Shown here: piece by piece, positions 18,652-27,400 of the stretch | Position numbering within the stretch: the first letter of the stretch is position 1 | Layout: every line of letters starts with the position of its first letter | NCBI GenBank assembly: GCA_965248995.1 | Contig: CBDFKY010000005.1 | Location: 172,719 to 236,718, forward strand | From: Rickettsiales bacterium | Lineage (GTDB): Bacteria; Pseudomonadota; Alphaproteobacteria; Rickettsiales; UBA998 | Length of the DNA: 64,000 bases | Reading direction: 5' to 3' | The notes under the pieces: model-generated | Databases searched by the model: none | Seen by the model: only the letters and a program-made list of their open reading frames with translations | Told to the model about the DNA's origin: nothing | Translations under genes and position numbers: made by a program

Positions 18652-18707
18652 ATCATAATCCGCGTGTCGGGGGTTCAAATCCCTCTCCCGCTACCATATT
18701 TTTCAAT
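18652..18707 (+). repeat. attR: 56-bp direct repeat (duplicated tRNA 3' part)
   Basis: Identical to 4138-4193. No tRNA 5' half lies upstream, so this is a tRNA fragment and not a gene. Confidence 0.9.
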
Positions 18708-18775
18708 TAGCTATGTAGAACCTGCATAAGAAATAAATATTTTATGAAGTTAATGATCAACTTTGGCAACACAGT

Positions 18776-19090
18776 ACGCTCTCCGGTTCCGGCGCGCTCG
18801 CCAAGTGGCAGCAGTACCTCCCCACCCTACTCGGACTCAAGGATTACGTCCTCCACACCATCCCCCAGACCGAGGATTTCTTCGGCAATGCCATCAGCAC
18901 CCCCATCAACATCGTCGGCATGTCCGATACCCAGCTTCTTACCAACATCGTCGAGGAAGCGTACGGGCGCACCCTCCCCCTGACCATGGCGCAACTCACC
19001 GGCGGCATCACCTCCGACGCGGATGCCAGTAAAACATTGCAACCTGTAAATGATAATACTTCCTGGTTTTTCTCTTTACGAGCAGCATAA
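18776..19090 (+). pseudogene. orphan 3' fragment of an RTX-head-array gene (shared module plus NDN tail), no start codon
   Basis: It translates as TLSGSGALAKWQQYLPTLLGLKDYVLHTIPQTEDFFGNAISTPINIVGMSDTQLLTNIVEEAYGRTLPLTMAQLTGGITSDADASKTLQPVNDNTSWFFSLRAA and then stops. It is about 90 percent or more identical in DNA to 25830-26075. Confidence 0.8.
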
Positions 19091-19112
19091 AAATCTGGTA
19101 AGGAAAATTGCT

Positions 19113-19555
19113 ATGAAAAAACGATATCTGCTTCTGCTGCCTGTTTTCGCCCTGATGCTACCTGCGGGACTAAACTACTCTGGTATGTGCCTAGCGGAAG
19201 GCGGATGGCTTAGTGATGAGGAGCGGATTGATATAGCAATTCAACGCATCATTTCTCAAAAAAAAGTATGGATTTCTGATGGTGCAGCAGGTTCGCAAGA
19301 ATATGATTTTGTGCCCTATGCTTCAGTAAAGGAGTTTAAGAAAAAAAATCCCAATTGTTGTACTGTTTATGGGGGGGCTATAAGGACTATTTTCCATCCG
19401 ACTCTTTTTTAAATAAAATCTTTGGTTATGGTTATCATAACATCGCTTTTGACTATGAAGCAAAATACCTTGATAATGGAAAAATAAAAATTTCATACCT
19501 TAAAGACACTATTTACACTTACGATAATTGCCAAAAACTTAGAAACCTAAATTGA
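19113..19555 (+). pseudogene. small secreted protein (candidate immunity 1), split by a frameshift in a G7 tract
   Basis: Signal peptide MKKRYLLLLPVFALMLPAG. The ORFs 19113-19412 and 19355-19555 overlap. Adding one G at 19371-19377 fuses them into a 147-aa ORF. Confidence 0.6.
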
Positions 19556-19565
19556 TGAGATTGTT

Positions 19566-21224
19566 ATGACATTACCAAGCGCTAAGACAATTTTGAATTG
19601 GTACCTTTATGGAAGCAGTAATGTTCCCGTTGAAAAGGCTACGGATACTTTAATCCGTCCAGACGATAGAACAAGTACAGTGTCTATCAACAAACAGGAG
19701 TTTATGGATACGGGTGGAGGTCGTTTCGCAGTTGCATCACAGTTTGAACTTGTTCAAAGATTTTTTGCTGCACCTGTTGATTTATTTGTTCGTGATAAGG
19801 TTTACACCAAGACAGAAGTTGCTTCATTGCTTGGATATACTAGCAATGATTTTTATGGATGGGATATGCAGCAATACAACTTTGTAGATGGCAAAGATGA
19901 TCTTGCTGAACGCACTTACATATATAACTCAATGCGATTTAAAATTGTAGACAATACCACGTTTGTTTTACCTAGTGGGTCACTAGATGATCGTAAAATT
20001 ACTAATTTTGCATCAGAGCCAATTTATAAAGACGGTGCAGGAAACGTAACGGAAAATTTTGATCTTAAAAGTAATGATCTCGCTACGTTAATTGCAAATG
20101 GGGTGTTTCTTAAGCCTTGGAATGATCCTTCAGGAATTGGAAGGACTGTATATTTGAACTTTACTGGCAATGTAACTCCACGCACTACAGATTATACTCG
20201 TACTACTTATACAAATGAAAAAGATACTGCTTTAGCGTGGAATTCTTCTTATTTAAACAATGGATTATACGATAAAGTCAAAGCGCTATCTGATAATTTA
20301 TTTTCTGAGCAAGTCGGAACAACACGCTTTCTCGATTCACAAAACCGCCCTATTTTTTACGGTACAGACAGTGATAATTCCCTCTCAACGCATGACTTGC
20401 AAAGGGCTCCTTACTTAAAGCCTTATATTCAAAACGGAGTTGTCCTCATTGGCGGAAAAGGGAATGATACGTTAACTGGTTATGGCAAGAATGACCTGCT
20501 TATTGGTGGGGCGGGGGCGGATAAGTTCCATGTTCAAGGTAAGGAAACGATTCAAGACGCCACGCCGGAAGACCGTGTTTATATTAATGGCGTGGAAGTT
20601 ACAGGAGGGCTTAAGCCGCTTGGTTTTGATGTGCCGATTGCGGTAAATGAAGCGCGGGGACATGTATTTGAAGTGTTAAGCGGCGACATCAACCAGCCCA
20701 CGGGTGCGACATTGGCGGTCAAATATCTGTGGGATAATGATGCGATTGCTATCATCAAGGATTACACCCGCCCTTATTTGGGCATTGGCGATGGTAACAT
20801 TGAAATTTACGAATATAAGCATGGCACGCCAACTTCACTTTCTGATTTAATCAAAGCATACAACACTGCTTACAATAATACGACCAACACGACCACAACC
20901 GCAGGTGGCAGTTCCGCAGCCGCACCCTCTGGGGCGGATACCAATTCTGCCAATGCCAGCGCAACGGTGTACAAACCCACCATCGGCACCACGGAACTGC
21001 ATGCGACGATAGACGCGGTGTTCGACGGCCTGTCAGGTTCGGGAGCACTCGCCAAATGGCAGCAGTTCCTGCCAACATTGGTGAAACTCAAAGATTATAC
21101 ACTACATTCCATTCCCCAAACCGAAGATTTCTTCGGTAACGCCACCACCACCCCGATCCCGCAAGTGGGGATGAGTGCTGCTAACGATAATTTTTCTTTA
21201 ATGGTTCTCTTGAAAGCTGCATAA
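19566..21224 (+). CDS. RTX-module protein with an unknown AT-rich N-terminal head (about 295 aa)
   Basis: The C-terminal half has GGKGNDTLTGYGKNDLLIGGAGADKF nonapeptide repeats and a diverged copy of the shared module (..GLKPLGFDVPIAVNE..ALAKWQQFLPTL..IPQTEDFFGNA..). It ends in NDNFSLMVLLKAA. Confidence 0.75.
   Translation: MTLPSAKTILNWYLYGSSNVPVEKATDTLIRPDDRTSTVSINKQEFMDTGGGRFAVASQFELVQRFFAAPVDLFVRDKVYTKTEVASLLGYTSNDFYGWDMQQYNFVDGKDDLAERTYIYNSMRFKIVDNTTFVLPSGSLDDRKITNFASEPIYKDGAGNVTENFDLKSNDLATLIANGVFLKPWNDPSGIGRTVYLNFTGNVTPRTTDYTRTTYTNEKDTALAWNSSYLNNGLYDKVKALSDNLFSEQVGTTRFLDSQNRPIFYGTDSDNSLSTHDLQRAPYLKPYIQNGVVLIGGKGNDTLTGYGKNDLLIGGAGADKFHVQGKETIQDATPEDRVYINGVEVTGGLKPLGFDVPIAVNEARGHVFEVLSGDINQPTGATLAVKYLWDNDAIAIIKDYTRPYLGIGDGNIEIYEYKHGTPTSLSDLIKAYNTAYNNTTNTTTTAGGSSAAAPSGADTNSANASATVYKPTIGTTELHATIDAVFDGLSGSGALAKWQQFLPTLVKLKDYTLHSIPQTEDFFGNATTTPIPQVGMSAANDNFSLMVLLKAA
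20452..21180 (+). repeat. shared module, copy A (most diverged)
   Basis: Aligned by eye with 23008-23815 and 25275-26075. Confidence 0.7.
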
Positions 21225-21245
21225 AAATCTGGTAAGGATTACGTC

Positions 21246-21932
21246 GTGAAAAAACAGATACATATAACTGCTCTGATATTTGCAACTTTGTTAAATCTTG
21301 CAAATGAAACAAGCGTTGCAAATGCGAGTGAAAAAAGGGAATGGACGCTTGACCCTATAGATAATCGTGCGAATATTCCTAATAAGTTTCCGCTTTGCCA
21401 TGAATTGCTTTCTTTGCTAAACGATTCAGCAAATAAAGATTATATTCTTCAATGGAAGAAGGGAGATGTGGCGTTAGTAATTCCGAAGTCCTTCAAAAAC
21501 TTCCGTCTTCCCATTTGGAAGGACGTGCCGAAAGATCAATGGGGAGAAATACTTTCTAAAAAGGACCAAAAGAGCATGACACCAGCAGGAGGTATTCAAA
21601 CCACGCAGATGGATGTAGATCATGACGGGAAAGCGGATAAAATCCTTAGGTTTTGGATTGGCGATCCACAATCAAGCTGGCGTACCCCTAGATGTCGCGT
21701 GGCGTTAGATTCACTAAAGTATCTTAAAGCATTTAACACAGAGGGAGGCAATAATACTGATGCCTGTTTCATGCTCTATTATAAGGGCAGAGCCTATCAA
21801 AAAGCAGGTACAGCATTCATAATTGTTTATGAAGGTTCGCAAACTCGTACAATAGACGGTCTGCATTTCTATGCGTCACCTGTTTGCAGCTTTACTCCAC
21901 CTAAAACCTATTTTCAGAAATCCACCAAATAA
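21246..21932 (+). CDS. small secreted protein (candidate immunity 2)
   Basis: GTG start. Signal peptide MKKQIHITALIFATLLNLANETSVANA. The gene is AT-rich and ends 16 nt before the GH24-head gene. Confidence 0.65.
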   Translation: MKKQIHITALIFATLLNLANETSVANASEKREWTLDPIDNRANIPNKFPLCHELLSLLNDSANKDYILQWKKGDVALVIPKSFKNFRLPIWKDVPKDQWGEILSKKDQKSMTPAGGIQTTQMDVDHDGKADKILRFWIGDPQSSWRTPRCRVALDSLKYLKAFNTEGGNNTDACFMLYYKGRAYQKAGTAFIIVYEGSQTRTIDGLHFYASPVCSFTPPKTYFQKSTK

Positions 21933-21948
21933 CTACGGAGATCTTATC

Positions 21949-23823
21949 ATGCCCATCACCTATAAACCACTGACACAATCCGCTTATGTTACCCAGCGCT
22001 ATGATTTGATTCGTTTGTTTGAAAACTACAAACCCTTTTTATACGACGATTCAAAAAACAAAGCCACTATTGGCACGGGATTTAACGTGGAAGATGATAG
22101 GGTACGCATAGAAGTGGTAAAAGTAATTACGGTGGCGGCTGGCACCAATGCTGATGGAGACATTCTTAGTGCAAGCCTTAATAACATCATCTCCACCCAC
22201 GCATCCTCCAGCGCAAACACATTGGCTGGCTTGCTAAACCCAGAAATGAAAAACTATTCCGATGCGCACCCTACTCTAAATATGCGTACCACCTTCACCT
22301 TTACCAGTGAAGCGGAAGCCAAGCAGGTATTCAACACTCTTGCGCCAACTTATGAAAATGTGGTGAGTGCGAAACTGCCTTCCGTACCTCAATATGCAGA
22401 AGAACGGCTTGCGCTGTTTTCGCTTGCCTATAATAGCCCTACCCTGATCGGACCAAAATTAACCGCTGCAATTAGTGATGGCAATCGTGCCGAGGCTTGG
22501 TATGAAATCCGTTATGATTCAAACGGTGATGATCTGCCAGGCATTGCCAAGGGGCGATATTACGAGTCTGAAGTGTTCAAGCCGTACAAAGACCATGTCA
22601 ATCCAACACTGGATGAGGCAAAAGAAATGGGCACCATGTTTGCCCATCATAAAACAGATATTCTTGCCTATGACAAGCTGTACGGGGCACAATTAACGCT
22701 GGAGTATAATGCGCTATTTTCAAATGATTTAAAATACCATATAGAGCCTGCCATCACGTTACTAAAAACAACGTACAACATTCCTGTAAGCATTGCGTTA
22801 GATGAACTTCAAGTAGCGGACACTGAAAATCTCCACTTAAAAGGGGATGGCACGCCGAATGACGTTAACAAAAACGACTTTTTGATTGGCGATGACAGTG
22901 CCAACCTGTTAAACGGTGGGGGAGGCAGAAACGTGCTTGTTGGTGGTGCGGGCAACGATGCGTTGGGTGATTATAATGCAGCGACCACGATGGCAACCGC
23001 ATCACAACTTTACGGAGGCGCTGGTGACGACCACTTCGGCGTGTTTGGAAAAGCCGTCATCAAGGACATCGAACGTAACGACAAAGTGTATGTTGATAAC
23101 ATCCAGGTGACGGGCGGGATCAAGCCGCTTGGCTTTGATGTTCCCATTGCCACCAACTTCCAGACGGGCCATGTGTTTCAGGTAGCGGGTGGAGACATCC
23201 TACAAGAAAACGGCGCGACACTTAACGTCAAATTCCTGTGGGATAACGACGCGATCGCCACCATAGAGAATTACACGCGCCCTTACCTGCAGCAGGGTGA
23301 CGGGCATATCGAAATCTACCAGGTCGGGCATGGCTCCTCCACGCCGCTCGCCACGTGGATCAAAGCCTATAACGACGCCTATAACAACACCACGAACAGT
23401 ACCAACACCACTACAACAGCGGGTGGCGGTTCAGCTGCCGCGCCATCCGGTGCAAGCAACTCCGCTAATAGCAGCGCCAACGTATACAAACCCACCATCG
23501 GCACGACGGAACTGCATGCGACGATAGACGCGGTGTTCGACGGGTTCTCCGGCTCTTCCGCTTCCGCCGCACTTGCCAAATGGCAGCAGCACCTCCCCAC
23601 CCTGCTCGGACTCAAGGATTACGTCCTCCACACCATCCCCCAGACCGAGGATTTCTTCGGGAATGCCATCAGCACCCCCATCAACATCGTCGGCATGTCC
23701 GATACCCAGCTGCTCACCGATATCGTCGAGGAAGCTTACGGGCGCACCCTCCCCCTGACATGGCGCAGCTCACCGCAGGCATCACCTCCGACGCCGATGC
23801 GAGTAAAACATTGCAGCCCGTAA
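21949..23823 (+). CDS. RTX-module protein with a GH24 (T4-lysozyme-like) N-terminal head; the C-terminal tail is frameshifted
   Basis: RLFENYKPFLYDDSKNKATIGTGFN has E25/D34/T40 at the T4-lysozyme E11/D20/T26 spacing, and LALFSLAYN follows. A GGAG RBS lies at 21937-21940. A 1-nt deletion at 23759/23760 diverts the frame. The ancestral frame would end at 23864 (..KTLQPVNDNCIFNFILKAV). Confidence 0.8.
   Translation: MPITYKPLTQSAYVTQRYDLIRLFENYKPFLYDDSKNKATIGTGFNVEDDRVRIEVVKVITVAAGTNADGDILSASLNNIISTHASSSANTLAGLLNPEMKNYSDAHPTLNMRTTFTFTSEAEAKQVFNTLAPTYENVVSAKLPSVPQYAEERLALFSLAYNSPTLIGPKLTAAISDGNRAEAWYEIRYDSNGDDLPGIAKGRYYESEVFKPYKDHVNPTLDEAKEMGTMFAHHKTDILAYDKLYGAQLTLEYNALFSNDLKYHIEPAITLLKTTYNIPVSIALDELQVADTENLHLKGDGTPNDVNKNDFLIGDDSANLLNGGGGRNVLVGGAGNDALGDYNAATTMATASQLYGGAGDDHFGVFGKAVIKDIERNDKVYVDNIQVTGGIKPLGFDVPIATNFQTGHVFQVAGGDILQENGATLNVKFLWDNDAIATIENYTRPYLQQGDGHIEIYQVGHGSSTPLATWIKAYNDAYNNTTNSTNTTTTAGGGSAAAPSGASNSANSSANVYKPTIGTTELHATIDAVFDGFSGSSASAALAKWQQHLPTLLGLKDYVLHTIPQTEDFFGNAISTPINIVGMSDTQLLTDIVEEAYGRTLPLTWRSSPQASPPTPMRVKHCSP
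23008..23815 (+). repeat. shared module, copy B
   Basis: About 80 percent DNA identity to copy C at its 5' end by eye. Identity rises to 100 percent over 23591-23806, apart from one missing C. Confidence 0.8.
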
Positions 23824-23886
23824 ATGATAATTGCATTTTTAATTTTATCTTGAAAGCTGTTTAAGCTTTCTGATATTCATATTAGC

Positions 23887-24432
23887 ATGAAGAAGATAAT
23901 CAGACTCTGCCTTGCCTTATTTCTTGCGTTGCTGTGTGGAGCGGAGACGCATGCTGAAACCGTGACTAAAAAATATGAAGGAGATAGTTCCTTTACCTGT
24001 GGTGGAAAAACCTATTCGATACCCACGTATTTTCCTTATCAAAAATCTTATTCTTCTGGTACTCGCTATTTAAAAGCAAGTTGTTCAAAAACTGGCTTTG
24101 AAGTCAGCATTAATTTAGATAAAGACTGTCAAGGTCAACATGATTGCGAGGTAGCAAAATTTACTTTCGGCATTATCGACCAAGGAGTTATGGGTGTAAT
24201 TTCAGCAGGATATTTCAATACCACTAAAAGTTTTTCCTTGAAAGATGAGCCATTAAACGGTTTCTATCTGCCTTCCAAGTGTTATGCCTACTGTAATAAA
24301 ATGTTTTTTTTATGGTTTGATAATAATAAAGCGTACGCTATAGGTTCTGAGTTTTCTCATGGCTTCGAAAAAGATACAAGAGAGCTTGAACAGTCTGTTA
24401 AATCATATCTTCATAGCGCAAAAGGAAATTAA
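23887..24432 (+). CDS. small secreted Cys-rich protein (candidate immunity 3)
   Basis: Signal peptide MKKIIRLCLALFLALLCGAETHA. The stop lies 2 nt before the start of the giant gene. Confidence 0.65.
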   Translation: MKKIIRLCLALFLALLCGAETHAETVTKKYEGDSSFTCGGKTYSIPTYFPYQKSYSSGTRYLKASCSKTGFEVSINLDKDCQGQHDCEVAKFTFGIIDQGVMGVISAGYFNTTKSFSLKDEPLNGFYLPSKCYAYCNKMFFLWFDNNKAYAIGSEFSHGFEKDTRELEQSVKSYLHSAKGN

Positions 24433-24434
24433 CA

Positions 24435-27400
24435 ATGAAAGAGAAGCAAGTTACTATTTTCGAAACCCCTTTTATCGCAGATATTGGTGCAATTTACAAC
24501 AGTGGGCATAATGATTATATCAAATATCTTTTTGATGAAATGATTTTTCAGGGTGTTACTGAAACGAATCAGATTTCCTATGTCTTAGCAACTGCAAAAC
24601 ACGAAACTCAAGGATTTACTAGCTTACACGAAAAATATAATGGCAATTCTGCTTACGACTATTTCATGGCTAAATACAGTGATAGAACAGATTTAGGAAA
24701 TCGTCCTGGAACTGACGATGGATATACTTATTATGGTCGAGGATTTGTTCATCTGACCGGACGTGCCAATTACGAAAAGATGGGTAATCAGTTTGGAGTA
24801 GATTTATTAAATCATCCTGAAAAAGCAGAGGAACCTCTCCTTGCAGCAAAAATCGCCGTTTACGGTATGTTGCATGGTTCTTTTACGGGAGCCACACTTT
24901 CGCAATATATTAATTCAGATAAGGCAGATTATTTAGGGGCGAGAGCCATAATAAATGGTATTGATCAAAATTCTTTAATCGCTGGTTACGCTAAAGATTA
25001 CGACGCATTACTGGAATCAAAATTACCCACCAGAACGATTCCATATACATGGGACATGCGTACGGATAACGCCACCAACGATCTTATCAAAGGAGGCAAT
25101 GCTAACGATACGCTTTACGGTGGAAAAGGCGATGATAAACTCTATGGCGGGAAAGGTGACGACTACCTAGATGGAGGTGACGGCATTGATTACCTCTATG
25201 GTGGGCCTGGAAAAAACACATTAGTCGGTGGTGAAAAGGGTGATGTGATTGCTAACTTTGGTGGTCAGGATTCCATTTACGGAGGCGCTGGCGACGACCA
25301 TTTCGGTGTTTACGGCAAAGGCACGATCAAGGACATCGAACGCGACGACCACGTCTATGTCGACAACATCCAGGTTACCGGCGGCATCAAACCTCTCGGC
25401 TTCGACGTGCCCATCGCCCTGAACACCAAAACGGGGCATGTGTTCCAGGTCACCGGCGGCGATATCCTGCAGGAGAACGGAGCTACGCTGAATATCAAGT
25501 TTCTCTGGGACAATGACGCCGTCGCCACCATCGAAAATTATACCCGTCCCTACCTTCAGCAGGGTGACGGACATATCGAGATCTACCAGATGGGGCACGG
25601 TTCCTCCACCCCGCTCGCCAGTCTCCTCAAAGCCTATAACGACGCCTACAACAATACCACCAACAGCAGCAACGGCAGCAGCAGCGCAGGCGGCGCTTCC
25701 GCCGCCGCGCCCTCCGGTGCTTCCAATTCCGCCAACAGCAGCGCGGAGGTCTACAAGCCCACCGTCGGTACCGTCCAGCTGCGTGCCTCCGTCGACGGCG
25801 CGTTCGATACCTTGTCGGGTTCCGGTGCGCTCGCCAAATGGCAGCAGTACCTCCCCACCCTGCTCGGACTCAAGGATTACGTCCTCCACACCATCCCCCA
25901 GACCGAGGATTTCTTCGGGAATGCCATCAGCACCCCCATCAACATCGTCGGCATGTCCGATACCCAGCTGCTCACCGATATCGTCGAGGAAGCTTACGGG
26001 CGCACCCTCCCCCTGACCATGGCGCAGCTCACCGCAGGCATCACCTCCGACGCCGATGCGAGTAAGACCCTCCAGCCCATCATCATCGCTGCCGGCAATC
26101 AGTCCGTCACCGGTAACACGCTGGATACGCCCTACATCATCACCGGCAGCAACGCCACCGTCACCGATGCCAAAGGCTCCGACACCTACATCGTCGATCC
26201 CGGTTTCGGGTCGCTTACCATCAAAGATTCCAGCGGCGGCACTTATACCAACATCATTGCGGCCGCCTATAACCAGACCAACGTTCAGACCGATACCATC
26301 CGCTTTACCCACCTTACCGCCGATCATGCCTCCATCACCCGTGACGGCAACGACCTGCTCATCAGGGAAGTCGGTACCAGCAACCTGGTGCGCGTCAAGG
26401 ACGATTTCGCCCATGAAGCGGGCAGCTCGCTCCTGTTCAGCAGCAGCGCCGATCATGCCGTCGAGCAGATCGTGTTCGCGGACGGAGCGACCAAAACCAC
26501 CATCGACATCCGCCGTGCGGTCACGGAAGCGCAGGCAACGGACGGGAACGACCATATCATTGGCACCGTCGACCCGGATATCCTGCAGGGGAAGAAAGGC
26601 GCGGATACACTGGAAGGTGGCGATGGCGGAGATATGTATAAATTCAACGCGGGCGACGGAGCCGACCTGATCCGCGATCATCAGCAGGACGTGTTCCTGG
26701 ACAGTAACGACAGCGTCAAGTTCGGTGCGGGCCTCAGTCTGGACAACGCCGTCTTCACCCGCGTCGATGTCTCGGCCAGTGGACAGGCGACCGCGAACCT
26801 GGAAGGTAAGGGGCTGCTGATCGATTTCGGCGGCGGGGACAAGATGGTGATCGACAGCCAGTTCGATGTCTCAACGCTCGGTTACGGCACGTTCGACGCG
26901 TACAGCTTCGTGCCACAGGCCATTTTGAATAATCCGCTGAGCCAACTGGCTTCGGTGACGCAAATCCCGCCCGGTTTCGATTCCACCGGGTATACCAACC
27001 AGTCCGGCATCCATATCGTGACCAATACGGTCACGGGCGGATATGATGTGACCGTGGACGATATCAATTATCATTACACCACGCCCGCCAATCCGCAGGC
27101 GGGGGGGCTGGTAATTCCCGCCCCCGATGACCGTATCGAGACGTTCATCTTTTTCGGCGACGGCACTGCACTTTCCGCGGAAGAAGTACAGCAATTGATG
27201 GTGGACCGCGCGAAGACCGACGGTAATGACCATATCGCAGGGTTTGCAGAGAGCGAGACGCTCGACGGCGGTGCGGGGAACGATACGCTGGAAGGTGGAG
27301 ACGACGGCGATACCTACCTGTTCGGTCTCGGTTACGGCCAGGACACCGTTCATGACTCTATGACCAACGTGTTGATGAAAGCACCGGATACCGTAGAATT

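Larger units (their letters stand above)
4138..18707. mobile_element. 14.6-kb integrative island (P4-like, satellite-type replication module) inserted in the tRNA(CAT) 3' half
   Basis: Exact 56-bp direct repeats lie at both ends. An integrase sits next to the tRNA, followed by an AlpA-like HTH, a PrimPol and a P4/D5 primase-helicase. No virion genes are present. By eye the island is more AT-rich than the flanks. Confidence 0.85.

Noticed and set aside
18420-18656. 78-aa minus-strand ORF running into attR.
   Set aside because: It spans the arm-site repeat and AT-rich junk between the Abi remnant and attR. It has no coding-like features.
18744-26065. Pro/Ser/Arg-rich ORFs in alternative plus-strand frames of the shared module (18744-18983, 18763-19032, 23573-23758, 23580-23864 N-terminal part, 25513-26016, 25838-26065).
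   Set aside because: They recur only because the underlying DNA is repeated. The composition is typical of out-of-frame GC-rich sequence. The frame giving ALAKWQQ..IPQTEDFFGNA is the conserved one.
18776-26075. Whether the repeated ~0.3-0.8-kb blocks could be a CRISPR-like or other non-coding array.
   Set aside because: The repeats are hundreds of bp long, coding, in frame with flanking domains, and separated by kilobase-scale genes. No short regular repeat-spacer pattern occurs anywhere in the window.
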